The notes under the pieces were generated by a model. That model did no database searches and had not been told where the DNA came from. It saw nothing but the letters and a program-made list of their open reading frames with translations. Positions 10,614 to 20,193 of a stretch of 64,000 nucleotides of DNA are shown piece after piece; the first letter of the stretch is position 1, and every line of letters starts with the position of its first letter. The stretch is from Spirochaetia bacterium (GTDB lineage: Bacteria; Spirochaetota; Spirochaetia; UBA9216): positions 3,424,001 through 3,488,000 of the forward strand of contig OY776510.1 of the NCBI GenBank assembly GCA_963675665.1, given 5' to 3'. Both the position numbers and the translations under genes were made by a program.

Positions 10614-11859
10614 AAAAAAGCTATCATCAATGTACAGCAGAATTATCAAAGACCTTTTCCCGGAGAACATGGAAATGTCTTTTTATAATAATGCCGACGA
10701 TAAACAGACTTTGCATTATAAAAAAGCTACATGGACGATTGACGGCGATGAAAAAGGCCTTCGGTACGGTGAAAATCCTGACCAGGAAGCTGCTTTATAT
10801 AAACTCACAAACGGAAATATAACTTTGGGCGAGGTTTCAACAATCTTACCCGGGAAGTATCTTGCTTCGGATATTGAACTGATTCAGTCGGGAAAACACC
10901 CGGGAAAAACAAATATTACTGATATTGATAACTCTTTGAATATACTTCGGTATTTCAGGGATGAGCCGGTAACTGTTATTGTTAAGCATAACAATCCGTG
11001 CGGCGTAGCAACAGGGCCCACTCTTTCAGAATCATATTATAAAGCTTTAATGGCTGACAGAATTGCTGCCTTCGGAGGTGCAATTGCTGTAAACCGGGCC
11101 CTTGACAGGGAAACTGCCGAACTTATTACAGCCAGCTATTCGGAAGTTGTTGCCGCCCCGGATTTTGAGGATGGGGTTATGGATATACTTTCAAAAAAGA
11201 AAAATCTCAGGGTAATGAAAATTGAAAACATGAATCGGTTAAACGAGTTTATAGGAAACAGATTTATTGATTTTAAATCCCTGATTGACGGCGGGCTGAT
11301 TGCTCAATGGTCGTTTGTTCCAAAGATGTCAAAAGAAGACTTTTTACCCGCAGAGACTGAGTATAAAGGCAAACTTTACACTGTAAACAGACAGCCTACT
11401 GAAAATGAATGGAAAGATATGATCTTCGGCTGGCTGATTGAAAGCGGAATAACAAGTAATTCCGTAATTTATGTTAAAGACGGTGCTACGGTTGGAATCG
11501 GTACAGGAGAACAGGACAGGGTAGGCGTGGCGGAAATAGCACGTGACAAGGCATACAGAAAATATGCCGACAGAATTTGTTTTGAAGAATACAAAACACC
11601 TTTAAGCTTGATTAAAGATGAGGATGTATTAAAAAATATACAAAAACAAACAGATCAAGCACACGGCGGAATGAAAGGAAGTGTTATGGTTTCAGACGCT
11701 TTTTTCCCTTTCCGGGACGGAATTGAGGTGGGTTTAAAAGAAGGCGTTTCTGCTGTTATACAGCCCGGTGGTTCGCTCAGAGATTTCGAAAGTATTGAAG
11801 CATGTAATGAATTTAACGCGACAATGGTTTATACCGGACAAAGGAGCTTCAAACATTAA
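10606..11859 (+). CDS. purH: AICAR transformylase (stand-alone PurH C-terminal domain)
   Basis: LRYGENPDQ, VKHNNPCG, AFGG, SDAFFPF, IQPGGS, RSFKH; ATG 10606 overlaps the upstream stop. Confidence 0.9.
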   Translation: MSEKKLSSMYSRIIKDLFPENMEMSFYNNADDKQTLHYKKATWTIDGDEKGLRYGENPDQEAALYKLTNGNITLGEVSTILPGKYLASDIELIQSGKHPGKTNITDIDNSLNILRYFRDEPVTVIVKHNNPCGVATGPTLSESYYKALMADRIAAFGGAIAVNRALDRETAELITASYSEVVAAPDFEDGVMDILSKKKNLRVMKIENMNRLNEFIGNRFIDFKSLIDGGLIAQWSFVPKMSKEDFLPAETEYKGKLYTVNRQPTENEWKDMIFGWLIESGITSNSVIYVKDGATVGIGTGEQDRVGVAEIARDKAYRKYADRICFEEYKTPLSLIKDEDVLKNIQKQTDQAHGGMKGSVMVSDAFFPFRDGIEVGLKEGVSAVIQPGGSLRDFESIEACNEFNATMVYTGQRSFKH

Positions 11860-13896
11860 ATGCTGAATAAAAAAATAAAGATTACACTGGCGGCGGTTTC
11901 AGCAGCAATAGTTTTTATACTTGCAGCTGTTATTGTTATAAACAGTTTCAGACTTTCAAGTTTAAAAAATCTCATAGAAAAACAAAACAGTCTGATTCTC
12001 AAGGAAACTGCAGAGAATCGTGAAACAAGTGATTATCTAAATAATATAAACAGCATGCTTGCATATGATTTAAACAGAACTCGTGCATCATTAGGACTGC
12101 CGCTTGTAGATTACCCTATAAAAGATATTACTAACGGGCCGGAGAATGAACTGTTAGACGAAAAAAGAGATGAAGAACTTCAGGACGCTGTAATAGCGCT
12201 TTTGGAAGCGGAAAATATCAATAAAAAATCCGGGACAATTGGAAAATTTATACGGAATGAGCTGATTAGCGAGTATTTTATTTCGGAAGATATAAAATGT
12301 GAAAAGAAGAGCAACACGCTGTTTGAACTTGAGTATTTAAACAGGGTATTCACTTCCATTAATGCTTTTTCTGAATCAGAAATTCTTCTTACAGGAATAG
12401 ACGGTCAGGATTTAACTGTCGCAGCAGCTTCCAGGGAAGCAGTTTACTTTATCAATCAGAATCTTGAAAAACTTAAAATATTAAATATCGCTATAGATGA
12501 TGCTTACAAAAAACTGGAGAATCTCTCAAAATCAGATGAATTAATCGAAGCTGCCGGGAGTTCAGGCGTTATAAATATTTCAGACCGGAATATTACAGTC
12601 GGTAACAGAATAAATACAAATACAATATCGGGCATATTTGAAGAAAGAGGAGACAGTATCTTATACCGGATAAATCCCGGTAATCAGGAATACACGGAAT
12701 TCGAGTCTTTTCGTGAACATTTGATAATCTCTGCGGCGAAAATGGATAAAAGAAAACCGGATTTGATTCTGCTTGATAAAATAAAAGAAGATTTCCAAAA
12801 ACGTCTGGATGATGAATTTTTTATACAATATCTGAACAGCATGGATTTGAAGATAAATAATCAGCCAAGAGAAGATATTGATTATTATTACTATGACCTG
12901 AACCATTCTGACGGTACAAGGCTGGGCTCATTTTCCATTTTGAAGAAACTGGGTGAAATATATCTTGTAGATGCCGACGAAGTCCCGGTTTCCTCGTTAA
13001 AAACACTTTCAGTTAAAAAGATTCTGGACAGGGAAAACCGGAGGAATTTCATAATTCCTGAAAACATCCCGAAAATTGAAGGTTTGTATTCAAAAGATGA
13101 TTCAATTACTTTTTTACTGGTTGGAAACCATGAGAAAAATACGGACACAATGATTCTTGCGCATGCTGATAAAACAAGCGGAAAAGCTCACCTGATAGGG
13201 ATTCCGAGAGATCTATACTGGAAGGGAAGAAAGATAAACAGTATATATCTGAATTATGGTGCTGAGCAGTTTAAAAACGAATTATCCGAAATTACGGGAC
13301 TTGATATAAAGAATTTCATTATAGTTGATATGTACGCATTTATTGATATCGTAAATATTTTAGGCGGAATAGAAGTTACTCTTGAAGAAGATCTTGTCGA
13401 TCCGACATACCGGACACGCGAAAACGGTGAATGGTCTACTCTGAATTATACTAAAGGAACATATAATTTAAATGGTGTTGAAGCTCTGAGAGTAGCAAGA
13501 TCAAGACATGGTTCCAATGATTTTGAGCGATCAAAAAGGCAACAGCAAATTCTTGAAGCTTTTTATCAAAAAATTATTAACCTGAAGGTTACCGATGCAA
13601 ACAAGGTTTATGCCATGCTGCAGGTTCTGTTTGATTATATTGATACTGATTTCTCGTTTATAGAAATATTGAGTATATTTAACGAGTACAGTGATATTGA
13701 CATATCCGGTAAACATGTACTGAGTTTTGACAATATTCTTTATGACACATACAGCAATATTTATATGCTTGAAGATCAGGACATTGAATTCGATGAAGAT
13801 TTCAATAAAGGCGCATGGATACTTCTGCCGAGAGATAACGACTGGAATAATATACGCTGGTATATCAGAGGAATAATTAATGGAGAAATCCAGTGA
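11860..13896 (+). CDS. LCP (LytR-CpsA-Psr) family protein with long N-terminal extension
   Basis: TDTMIL, IPRDLY, KINS, ALRVARSR..SNDFERSKRQQ; N-terminal TM segment. Confidence 0.85.
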   Translation: MLNKKIKITLAAVSAAIVFILAAVIVINSFRLSSLKNLIEKQNSLILKETAENRETSDYLNNINSMLAYDLNRTRASLGLPLVDYPIKDITNGPENELLDEKRDEELQDAVIALLEAENINKKSGTIGKFIRNELISEYFISEDIKCEKKSNTLFELEYLNRVFTSINAFSESEILLTGIDGQDLTVAAASREAVYFINQNLEKLKILNIAIDDAYKKLENLSKSDELIEAAGSSGVINISDRNITVGNRINTNTISGIFEERGDSILYRINPGNQEYTEFESFREHLIISAAKMDKRKPDLILLDKIKEDFQKRLDDEFFIQYLNSMDLKINNQPREDIDYYYYDLNHSDGTRLGSFSILKKLGEIYLVDADEVPVSSLKTLSVKKILDRENRRNFIIPENIPKIEGLYSKDDSITFLLVGNHEKNTDTMILAHADKTSGKAHLIGIPRDLYWKGRKINSIYLNYGAEQFKNELSEITGLDIKNFIIVDMYAFIDIVNILGGIEVTLEEDLVDPTYRTRENGEWSTLNYTKGTYNLNGVEALRVARSRHGSNDFERSKRQQQILEAFYQKIINLKVTDANKVYAMLQVLFDYIDTDFSFIEILSIFNEYSDIDISGKHVLSFDNILYDTYSNIYMLEDQDIEFDEDFNKGAWILLPRDNDWNNIRWYIRGIINGEIQ

Positions 13897-15194
13897 CTGA
13901 ATCTTTTTTTATAGAGACTTACGGATGTCAGATGAATACTGCCGAATCTTCCGCTGTGGCCGCAAGTCTGGTAAAAAAAGGATGGTCGCCTGCAGAAAAA
14001 CCTGAAGAGGCATCATTAATAATAATCAATACATGTTCTGTAAGAAAGACTGCCGAAAACAGAATTTGGGGCAGACTGGGTTATTATAAACGACTACGTA
14101 ATTATCAAAATTTCAAACTGATTATAATTGGCTGCATGGCTGAAAGGCTGAAAGATTCCATAAAAGAGAATTTCCCGGTTGTAAGTCATGTCGTAAGTAA
14201 TTTTAAAAAAGTAAAGATTGCCGATCTCGTAAAAAAAAATATGGATGAAATTTCAGCCGAACTGGATACCATCGATGAAAAATATGATTTTTTTGATAGT
14301 CATGGAAAGGTTACGGATTCACATTCAATGATTCCGATAATGAACGGTTGCGACAACTATTGCAGTTATTGCATTGTTCCGTACGTTCGGGGCCATGAAA
14401 TTTCAAGGGATGTAAAATCAATTATTTCTGAAATAAAAACGTTGTATGAATCCGGTATTTCCGAAATAACCCTGCTTGGACAGAACGTTAATTCATATAA
14501 AAATGAAGAATATGATTTTTCGGATCTGCTGAAAAAAATACTTGAAGAGACAGGAATAAAATGGCTGAGGTTTACAAGCTCCAATCCCCAGGATTTTACA
14601 GATAAACTCGTAAAAACCATTGACGATGAAGAGCGTATCTGCAGTTTTATACACCTGCCGGCACAGCACGGTTCGAACATAGTATTAAAAAGAATGAATC
14701 GTAAATATACAGCGGAGCAATACATCGATCTTGCACTGAAACTAAAGAATCTTGACAAAAAAGTATCAATATCCACCGACTTGATGGTAGGTTTCCCGGG
14801 TGAAACAAATAATGATTTTTTGCTTTTAAAACAGTTGATGCAGACAGTAAAATTTGAAGAAGCGTTTACATATTATTATAATCCGAGAGAAGGAACTGAA
14901 GCTTATAAATTTTACGATGATGTACCTCAGGAAGTAAAACTTGACAGATTGTCGGAGATTATAAAAATTCAGCAGAAAATTACATTTGAAGAAAAAAGAA
15001 AACGGCTGGGAACAGTTGAAGAAGCAGTTGTTGAAGGCGTTTCAAAAAAAGACAGTAATGAAATTCTGGCCCGTACCGAAAAAAATAGTATGATTGTTTT
15101 TCCCGGAAAATATAAAAAGTCTTCAGAATATGTTAAGATAAGACTGAAAGATTTAAAGGGAAACACATATATAGGAGAGGCTGTTTATGTTTAA
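13893..15194 (+). CDS. miaB: tRNA-2-methylthio-N6-dimethylallyladenosine synthase
   Basis: TYGCQMN, NTCSVR, GCMAE, CDNYCSYC radical-SAM motif, C-terminal TRAM domain. Confidence 0.93.
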   Translation: MTESFFIETYGCQMNTAESSAVAASLVKKGWSPAEKPEEASLIIINTCSVRKTAENRIWGRLGYYKRLRNYQNFKLIIIGCMAERLKDSIKENFPVVSHVVSNFKKVKIADLVKKNMDEISAELDTIDEKYDFFDSHGKVTDSHSMIPIMNGCDNYCSYCIVPYVRGHEISRDVKSIISEIKTLYESGISEITLLGQNVNSYKNEEYDFSDLLKKILEETGIKWLRFTSSNPQDFTDKLVKTIDDEERICSFIHLPAQHGSNIVLKRMNRKYTAEQYIDLALKLKNLDKKVSISTDLMVGFPGETNNDFLLLKQLMQTVKFEEAFTYYYNPREGTEAYKFYDDVPQEVKLDRLSEIIKIQQKITFEEKRKRLGTVEEAVVEGVSKKDSNEILARTEKNSMIVFPGKYKKSSEYVKIRLKDLKGNTYIGEAVYV

Positions 15195-15486
15195 GCTGGT
15201 TTTTTTTCTGACTGGACTTGCAGTTGCGATTCTCTTCAGCGCATTTAATATCGGAAATACAACAGATATTTCTTTCGGATTTACAGTCCTTGAAGAAATT
15301 CCTGTATTTCTAAGCATAGCCATTGCTTTTCTTGCAGGTGCAATATTCACGCTTCCTTTTGCATTCTATGTAAGTATTGGTAATAAAAAAGCAAGAAAGA
15401 AAAAAGAAAAGGAAAAGGCAAGATTCATTTCGGATGAAGCACCGGAAGAGTTTTTGCAGCCTGAAAATATCAGGGATGAGACATAA
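15187..15486 (+). CDS. Small membrane protein, LapA/DUF1049-like
   Basis: Two TM helices, a N...DISFGF motif and a basic tail. Confidence 0.6.
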   Translation: MFKLVFFLTGLAVAILFSAFNIGNTTDISFGFTVLEEIPVFLSIAIAFLAGAIFTLPFAFYVSIGNKKARKKKEKEKARFISDEAPEEFLQPENIRDET

Positions 15487-16387
15487 TCTTGTTTTACTAA
15501 TAATATTAATATCTCTGACACCGGCAACTATACAGGCAGAAGAAGAGACAGGGAGAAGCCCGGAGGCATATGTTAAAGAATTACTGTCGGAAATTGAGTC
15601 TTTACCAGAAAGCGATAAACATAAAGCTTATATAGAGATTGCTGAAATAAAATGCGCGTTGGGGGAATTGGCAGAAGCAGCGGAGTATTTTGAAAAAGCT
15701 TCGCTTTCTGTGAAAGGAAAAAAAGATTTTACATCTCTTTACAGAGCGGCTGAAATAAATGTTGAAACAGCATGTTATAGAGAAGCGGAAGCCCAGATAC
15801 GGGCAATTATGACATTTGCAGATGACCTTGGCCTGCGGATAAAATCAGAGGTACTGTCCGCAAGAATTAAATCAAATATTGACTTAATTGATGATGCAAT
15901 TCTGATATTGAATAATATTATTAAGGCAACTGATAGTATACCAATGGAGGCTGTAAGGTTTATTGATGATTTTTATCAGAAAAATTCAAAAAAATACGAA
16001 TTGCCGGAAATTGCCGACTTCCTGAAAAAGCGAAGTGAAATGATACCATATCAACAAGTGGCAAGAATAATCTCACCTGAAATGTTTTTCAGTAATGAAA
16101 AACTAGATATACAGTTTATTGACAATAACCGGGAAACTGTTAGCCTGGACGATGATGCAGATATAAATGTCTTTTATATACAGCTTGGTTCATTTTCAGT
16201 AAAAGAAAATGCTGAAGATCTTTTTAAGAGGGCTACAGAAAAAGGATATAAAGCTGAAATAAGAACAAAAAACGTAAACGGAAAAGATTATCTCATTGTA
16301 GCAGTGCCGGTGACGGAAGCCGGAGGAGAACAGGAGCTGATAATAAAACTTAAGGAAGACGGTTTTGAAGGTTATCCGGTTTATTGA
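15476..16387 (+). CDS. TPR plus SPOR-domain periplasmic protein
   Basis: Signal peptide from ATG 15476; TPR helices; C-terminal YIQLGSFSVKENAE SPOR motif. Confidence 0.8.
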   Translation: MRHNLVLLIILISLTPATIQAEEETGRSPEAYVKELLSEIESLPESDKHKAYIEIAEIKCALGELAEAAEYFEKASLSVKGKKDFTSLYRAAEINVETACYREAEAQIRAIMTFADDLGLRIKSEVLSARIKSNIDLIDDAILILNNIIKATDSIPMEAVRFIDDFYQKNSKKYELPEIADFLKKRSEMIPYQQVARIISPEMFFSNEKLDIQFIDNNRETVSLDDDADINVFYIQLGSFSVKENAEDLFKRATEKGYKAEIRTKNVNGKDYLIVAVPVTEAGGEQELIIKLKEDGFEGYPVY

Positions 16388-16398
16388 ATCGGGATTGA

Positions 16399-17907
16399 TT
16401 ATTCGATATTATCATTGTTTATTTCAAGAGTTTCTGTCTGCGTTAATCTGAGAAACTCGGAGTCAAACGGGCGAAACCCGTAAATGCTTAATGCTCCCGG
16501 AGTAAGCACAAGCGTTCTCTCTATAGACATTTCTTTCTGTTCTTCCGTATAACCAAGTGCATAGGAACGTTCTTCAATGACTATCCCGCGGTCGTCAAGA
16601 ATCTTTAAACTGAGAATATTGATATCTGCTTTATAGACTGCGAATCCTCCGGTGATTTCTTCAAAAGAGTTTTTCATATAAAAATCTGAGCCGTAAAACT
16701 CAATAATATCACCGGAACCGCTGATATATTGTCCGGAAAGTTCCGGTAATGATGTATAGTCGATTACCCGATCCAAATCCAGGACAGTTTCTTCCTGCAT
16801 ATCCGCACTCATGCGGGTATAATTTCCTGTCCAGATATCATTGGACCCCTTTGTTCTGGTTTGGCTGTCGATATCCCTGACGGTAACGTTTATTTCGTTC
16901 AGATCAAGAATTTTAATATAAAATTCATTTTCAATATAATTAATTATCTCATTTCTGCACCGGACATAGAGCAGGTTGCTGAGAACTTTATAGGAGTTTA
17001 TCCAGCTGTAATTTTCCTGGATATCATCAAGGTAAAAAGTTGAAGCTTTATTCACGGGATCAAAATAAATTATTTTATCGTCATCGTACCACGGGCCTTC
17101 GATAAAATCATAAAAAGCCAGTTCATCGCCGGTGAACAGTTCCTCAAGCTGATTTTCTGCTACAACAGTATTTTCGATTCTTTCCTGTGAAAGAAGAAGA
17201 TATTTCTTCAAAGGAAAATCCCAATAGTATCTGGAAACAATAAGCTCGTTTTCATCTGCTTCGCTTGTTACTGTAATTGTATAACTGATCCCGTTTTTAA
17301 GGCCCTGATGGTACCCTCTTGAACGTTCAAGTTGATTAATCTCTATTGTTCCGCGTTCAGCAATATTAAAGACAGGCAGATATACCGGCTGGTTTCTTTC
17401 GGTTGTATTCTTCCAGAAAATATCAAGCGTTGTATTGCCGTCGGAATCACGGCCGGAGCATACAATCTCGGAGTTATGATCTCCGATAATATCATCAAGA
17501 TAAACAATAAATGATCTGATGTTTTCGGCTTTGGTCCGGCCATTCCAGACGCGTGAATAACTATTCTGGACATTGTCAAAATCGGCAATGGCAATATGTA
17601 TAAAACCGTCGGGATTGGATCGTTCACGGAATACAAGCATCTGTTCTTCCTGGGCATCAAGATCTATGTTCAGGTTAATTGTAGAAATAAGGATCTCATC
17701 AGAACCGAGAGGAATCAGCGGCTTGTCCGAATCAGTGTCGAACGCGCTGCTGTTATATATATTGTCAATTGAATCGCCGTCTTCTGCAGAGGGAGTAATA
17801 TCAGTAACCATTTCAGGAGATTTGTATTCTTCATCCTTGTCCATGCATGAAAGGACAATCAATAAAAAAAATATAACAGAAAAAATATGTAAACTATATC
17901 TAATCAT
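16399..17907 (-). CDS. Pallilysin (Tp0751)-related lipoprotein/adhesin
   Basis: Lipobox IVLSC; NLNIDLDAQEEQ and DIIGDHNSEIV..G motifs; position between the vWA gene and the SPOR/miaB genes as in Treponema. Confidence 0.65.
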   Translation of the reverse strand: MIRYSLHIFSVIFFLLIVLSCMDKDEEYKSPEMVTDITPSAEDGDSIDNIYNSSAFDTDSDKPLIPLGSDEILISTINLNIDLDAQEEQMLVFRERSNPDGFIHIAIADFDNVQNSYSRVWNGRTKAENIRSFIVYLDDIIGDHNSEIVCSGRDSDGNTTLDIFWKNTTERNQPVYLPVFNIAERGTIEINQLERSRGYHQGLKNGISYTITVTSEADENELIVSRYYWDFPLKKYLLLSQERIENTVVAENQLEELFTGDELAFYDFIEGPWYDDDKIIYFDPVNKASTFYLDDIQENYSWINSYKVLSNLLYVRCRNEIINYIENEFYIKILDLNEINVTVRDIDSQTRTKGSNDIWTGNYTRMSADMQEETVLDLDRVIDYTSLPELSGQYISGSGDIIEFYGSDFYMKNSFEEITGGFAVYKADINILSLKILDDRGIVIEERSYALGYTEEQKEMSIERTLVLTPGALSIYGFRPFDSEFLRLTQTETLEINNDNIE

Positions 17908-18892
17908 TTCCCGGCTGCGCAAAGTATTTATTAAGCATATCTAACACTTTTACCTTGATTTCTTCAAGTGGGTATTTGCTTTTAAATCCTGCCGCGGTTT
18001 TATGACCTCCGCCGTTATAAATCTGGGCAATGAATGCTACGTCAATATTACCCTTTGAACGGAGAGAACAACGGAGGATGCCTTCAAGATTTTCCTTGAA
18101 AAAAACCGATACTTTGATCTCTTCACTTTTAAGAGGAATATTAATAAGAGAATCAGCTTCTTCATAAAGGGCGCCGCTCTCAATAATATCTTCTTTGCGC
18201 ATTGTCTGAACAGCAACATGATTGTCATAGAAGAACTCAAGAGTTGAAAGAACTTTGGACTGAAGCATAAGCGATGATATTGAATTGCTCTCATAAAGTT
18301 TTGAGTAAATGAAATTCGGGTTAACTCCGAGTCTTACACATGATTCTGCGATTGAGAAAGTCCTTGCTGTTGTTTTGGGATAAATAAAAGAACCAGTGTC
18401 GTAGACAATGCCCAGATAGATTGCAACGGCCATCTCGTATGAAATTTCAATCTTCATTTCATTAAAAAGCTCAAACAGCATTTCGCATGTCGAGGAAGCT
18501 TCGCTTTCAATATGATTTGCTGTCGAAACCGAATCTCCGCCCTCGTGGTGATCGAAAATAAAATAGTTTTTTACTTTGGAAAGAACGTTTAATTTTATGG
18601 AACCGATATTGTTTATATCGTTTGTATCAAGAATGAGAAGCACCCAGTCGGATATATCATCAGGAAGCTGACTATCATCCTTGTAAAGTTCAATTATATT
18701 GTCGATATCAAGAAAATAATATTTTTCCGCCATAGGATCAGCATTAATTATCTTTATCGTTTTACCTAAAGTTTTTAGAGCAAGATATGCAGCAATCTCG
18801 CTGCCTATTGCGTCGCCGTCAGGGGTTTCATGTGCAGTGAGAATGAACTTGTCATGATTATTAATAAAATCAGCTATCGCTTGAAATCTCAT
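17900..18892 (-). CDS. DHH/DHHA1 phosphoesterase (NrnA-like oligoribonuclease/pAp phosphatase)
   Basis: HETPDGDAIGS, LDT, DHH, YDTGSF, SLRS, GGGHKTAAG. Confidence 0.9.
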   Translation of the reverse strand: MRFQAIADFINNHDKFILTAHETPDGDAIGSEIAAYLALKTLGKTIKIINADPMAEKYYFLDIDNIIELYKDDSQLPDDISDWVLLILDTNDINNIGSIKLNVLSKVKNYFIFDHHEGGDSVSTANHIESEASSTCEMLFELFNEMKIEISYEMAVAIYLGIVYDTGSFIYPKTTARTFSIAESCVRLGVNPNFIYSKLYESNSISSLMLQSKVLSTLEFFYDNHVAVQTMRKEDIIESGALYEEADSLINIPLKSEEIKVSVFFKENLEGILRCSLRSKGNIDVAFIAQIYNGGGHKTAAGFKSKYPLEEIKVKVLDMLNKYFAQPGND

Positions 18893-20051
18893 TAGTTTTA
18901 TTTTTTTTCCTTTCATCGTCGTCTTTATGCAGAATAAGGTTCCTGATAAGTATAAAGGCTATTATACCTGCAATGACAAGAATTACTATAATAATTATAA
19001 GCCAATTGAATCCGCCGATCACGTCTTTTGATTCATTTTTTTCGTTTTTTATTACGTTTTCAGTTTTACTGGCTATTTCAGAATTCTTCTCCGAACCCAA
19101 GTTACAGGAAAAGACAGCCGGAAGAAAGGGGGTGTCTCCTTCAAATTTGAAGATGACTGTACCATCAGTATTTTCAGGTATAATTCCGTTGAGCACTTCC
19201 GATGATAATGTGATATGAATATCGATTGAACTTTCAGGACTTATTGTAGTCGAGTATTTATTATCAAGCAGATGATAATTGCCGCTGCTGTTCTGGAATG
19301 TGATTTGTTCTATGATGACAGTCCTTTCCGATACATAACCTTCGCTGGAAAGAGAAAGGCTTAGAACGCCCCTGGTAATTTCGAAATTATCTGCTGTTAC
19401 CCTGCCGATAATTTCCGACTGACTGATTGGCGGCGGGAGTTCACCGGTAAAATCAAGCGTTTTGTGTGTAGTCGCAAGTTCTTCGGCAAGTTCTTCTACG
19501 GCCGTATCTGTTCCAATCCCCAAAATCATAATTTTCCAGCCTTCGCGCTGAATGGTTTTTGTGTTTTCAAGAAATTTGTGATTAAAGCTGCCGTCCGGGG
19601 TGTAATAGGGACTTTCAGGTGGGGCTTCCTGTTTGCCGTCGGTCAGCAGGATAAGATATTTTCGGTCGAAACGCTGTTGCGTGTCGTTTACAGCAGAATC
19701 AAGCCTGTCAAGAGCATTTCCGATATCTGTAAACCGGCCGTCGGCAGGTATAGCCTTTATAGTATTCATTATGCTGTAAATATTATTTTCTTTGACTATG
19801 CCGTCAAATACAAGATCAGCGTTACCGTAGAACTGAATGAAAACAAGACGATCTCCGGGAATGAGAAAGTCGCTGATAAAATATTCGTTTATATAGGACG
19901 TAACATCATCGATCTCTTCTACCATGGATTTGCTTTTGTCAACGACCAGAAACAGTTCGATATTCTCTGTTCTGGTATCTGCCGAAACGGTAATGACATT
20001 TGCCAGTAATAGAAATAAAGCCGTTATTAAAATTGTAAATTTTTTATACAT
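18870..20051 (-). CDS. vWA-domain membrane protein (Tp0750-like)
   Basis: Signal peptide, MIDAS DKSKSM, TDIGNAL, LLTDG; C-terminal TM anchor. Confidence 0.8.
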   Translation of the reverse strand: MYKKFTILITALFLLLANVITVSADTRTENIELFLVVDKSKSMVEEIDDVTSYINEYFISDFLIPGDRLVFIQFYGNADLVFDGIVKENNIYSIMNTIKAIPADGRFTDIGNALDRLDSAVNDTQQRFDRKYLILLTDGKQEAPPESPYYTPDGSFNHKFLENTKTIQREGWKIMILGIGTDTAVEELAEELATTHKTLDFTGELPPPISQSEIIGRVTADNFEITRGVLSLSLSSEGYVSERTVIIEQITFQNSSGNYHLLDNKYSTTISPESSIDIHITLSSEVLNGIIPENTDGTVIFKFEGDTPFLPAVFSCNLGSEKNSEIASKTENVIKNEKNESKDVIGGFNWLIIIIVILVIAGIIAFILIRNLILHKDDDERKKNKTNEISSDS

Positions 20052-20193
20052 GCGTTTTCCTGTTAAAATAATAGTAACACGATGTTTTTTGATTAAAAAG
20101 CCTTAAAACTTATAAAAAAAAAAAAAACTTACTTTACATATCAGCATGGTTATTGATAATCTGTATACTGATAAAACTAGTAAGGAGAGTCAA

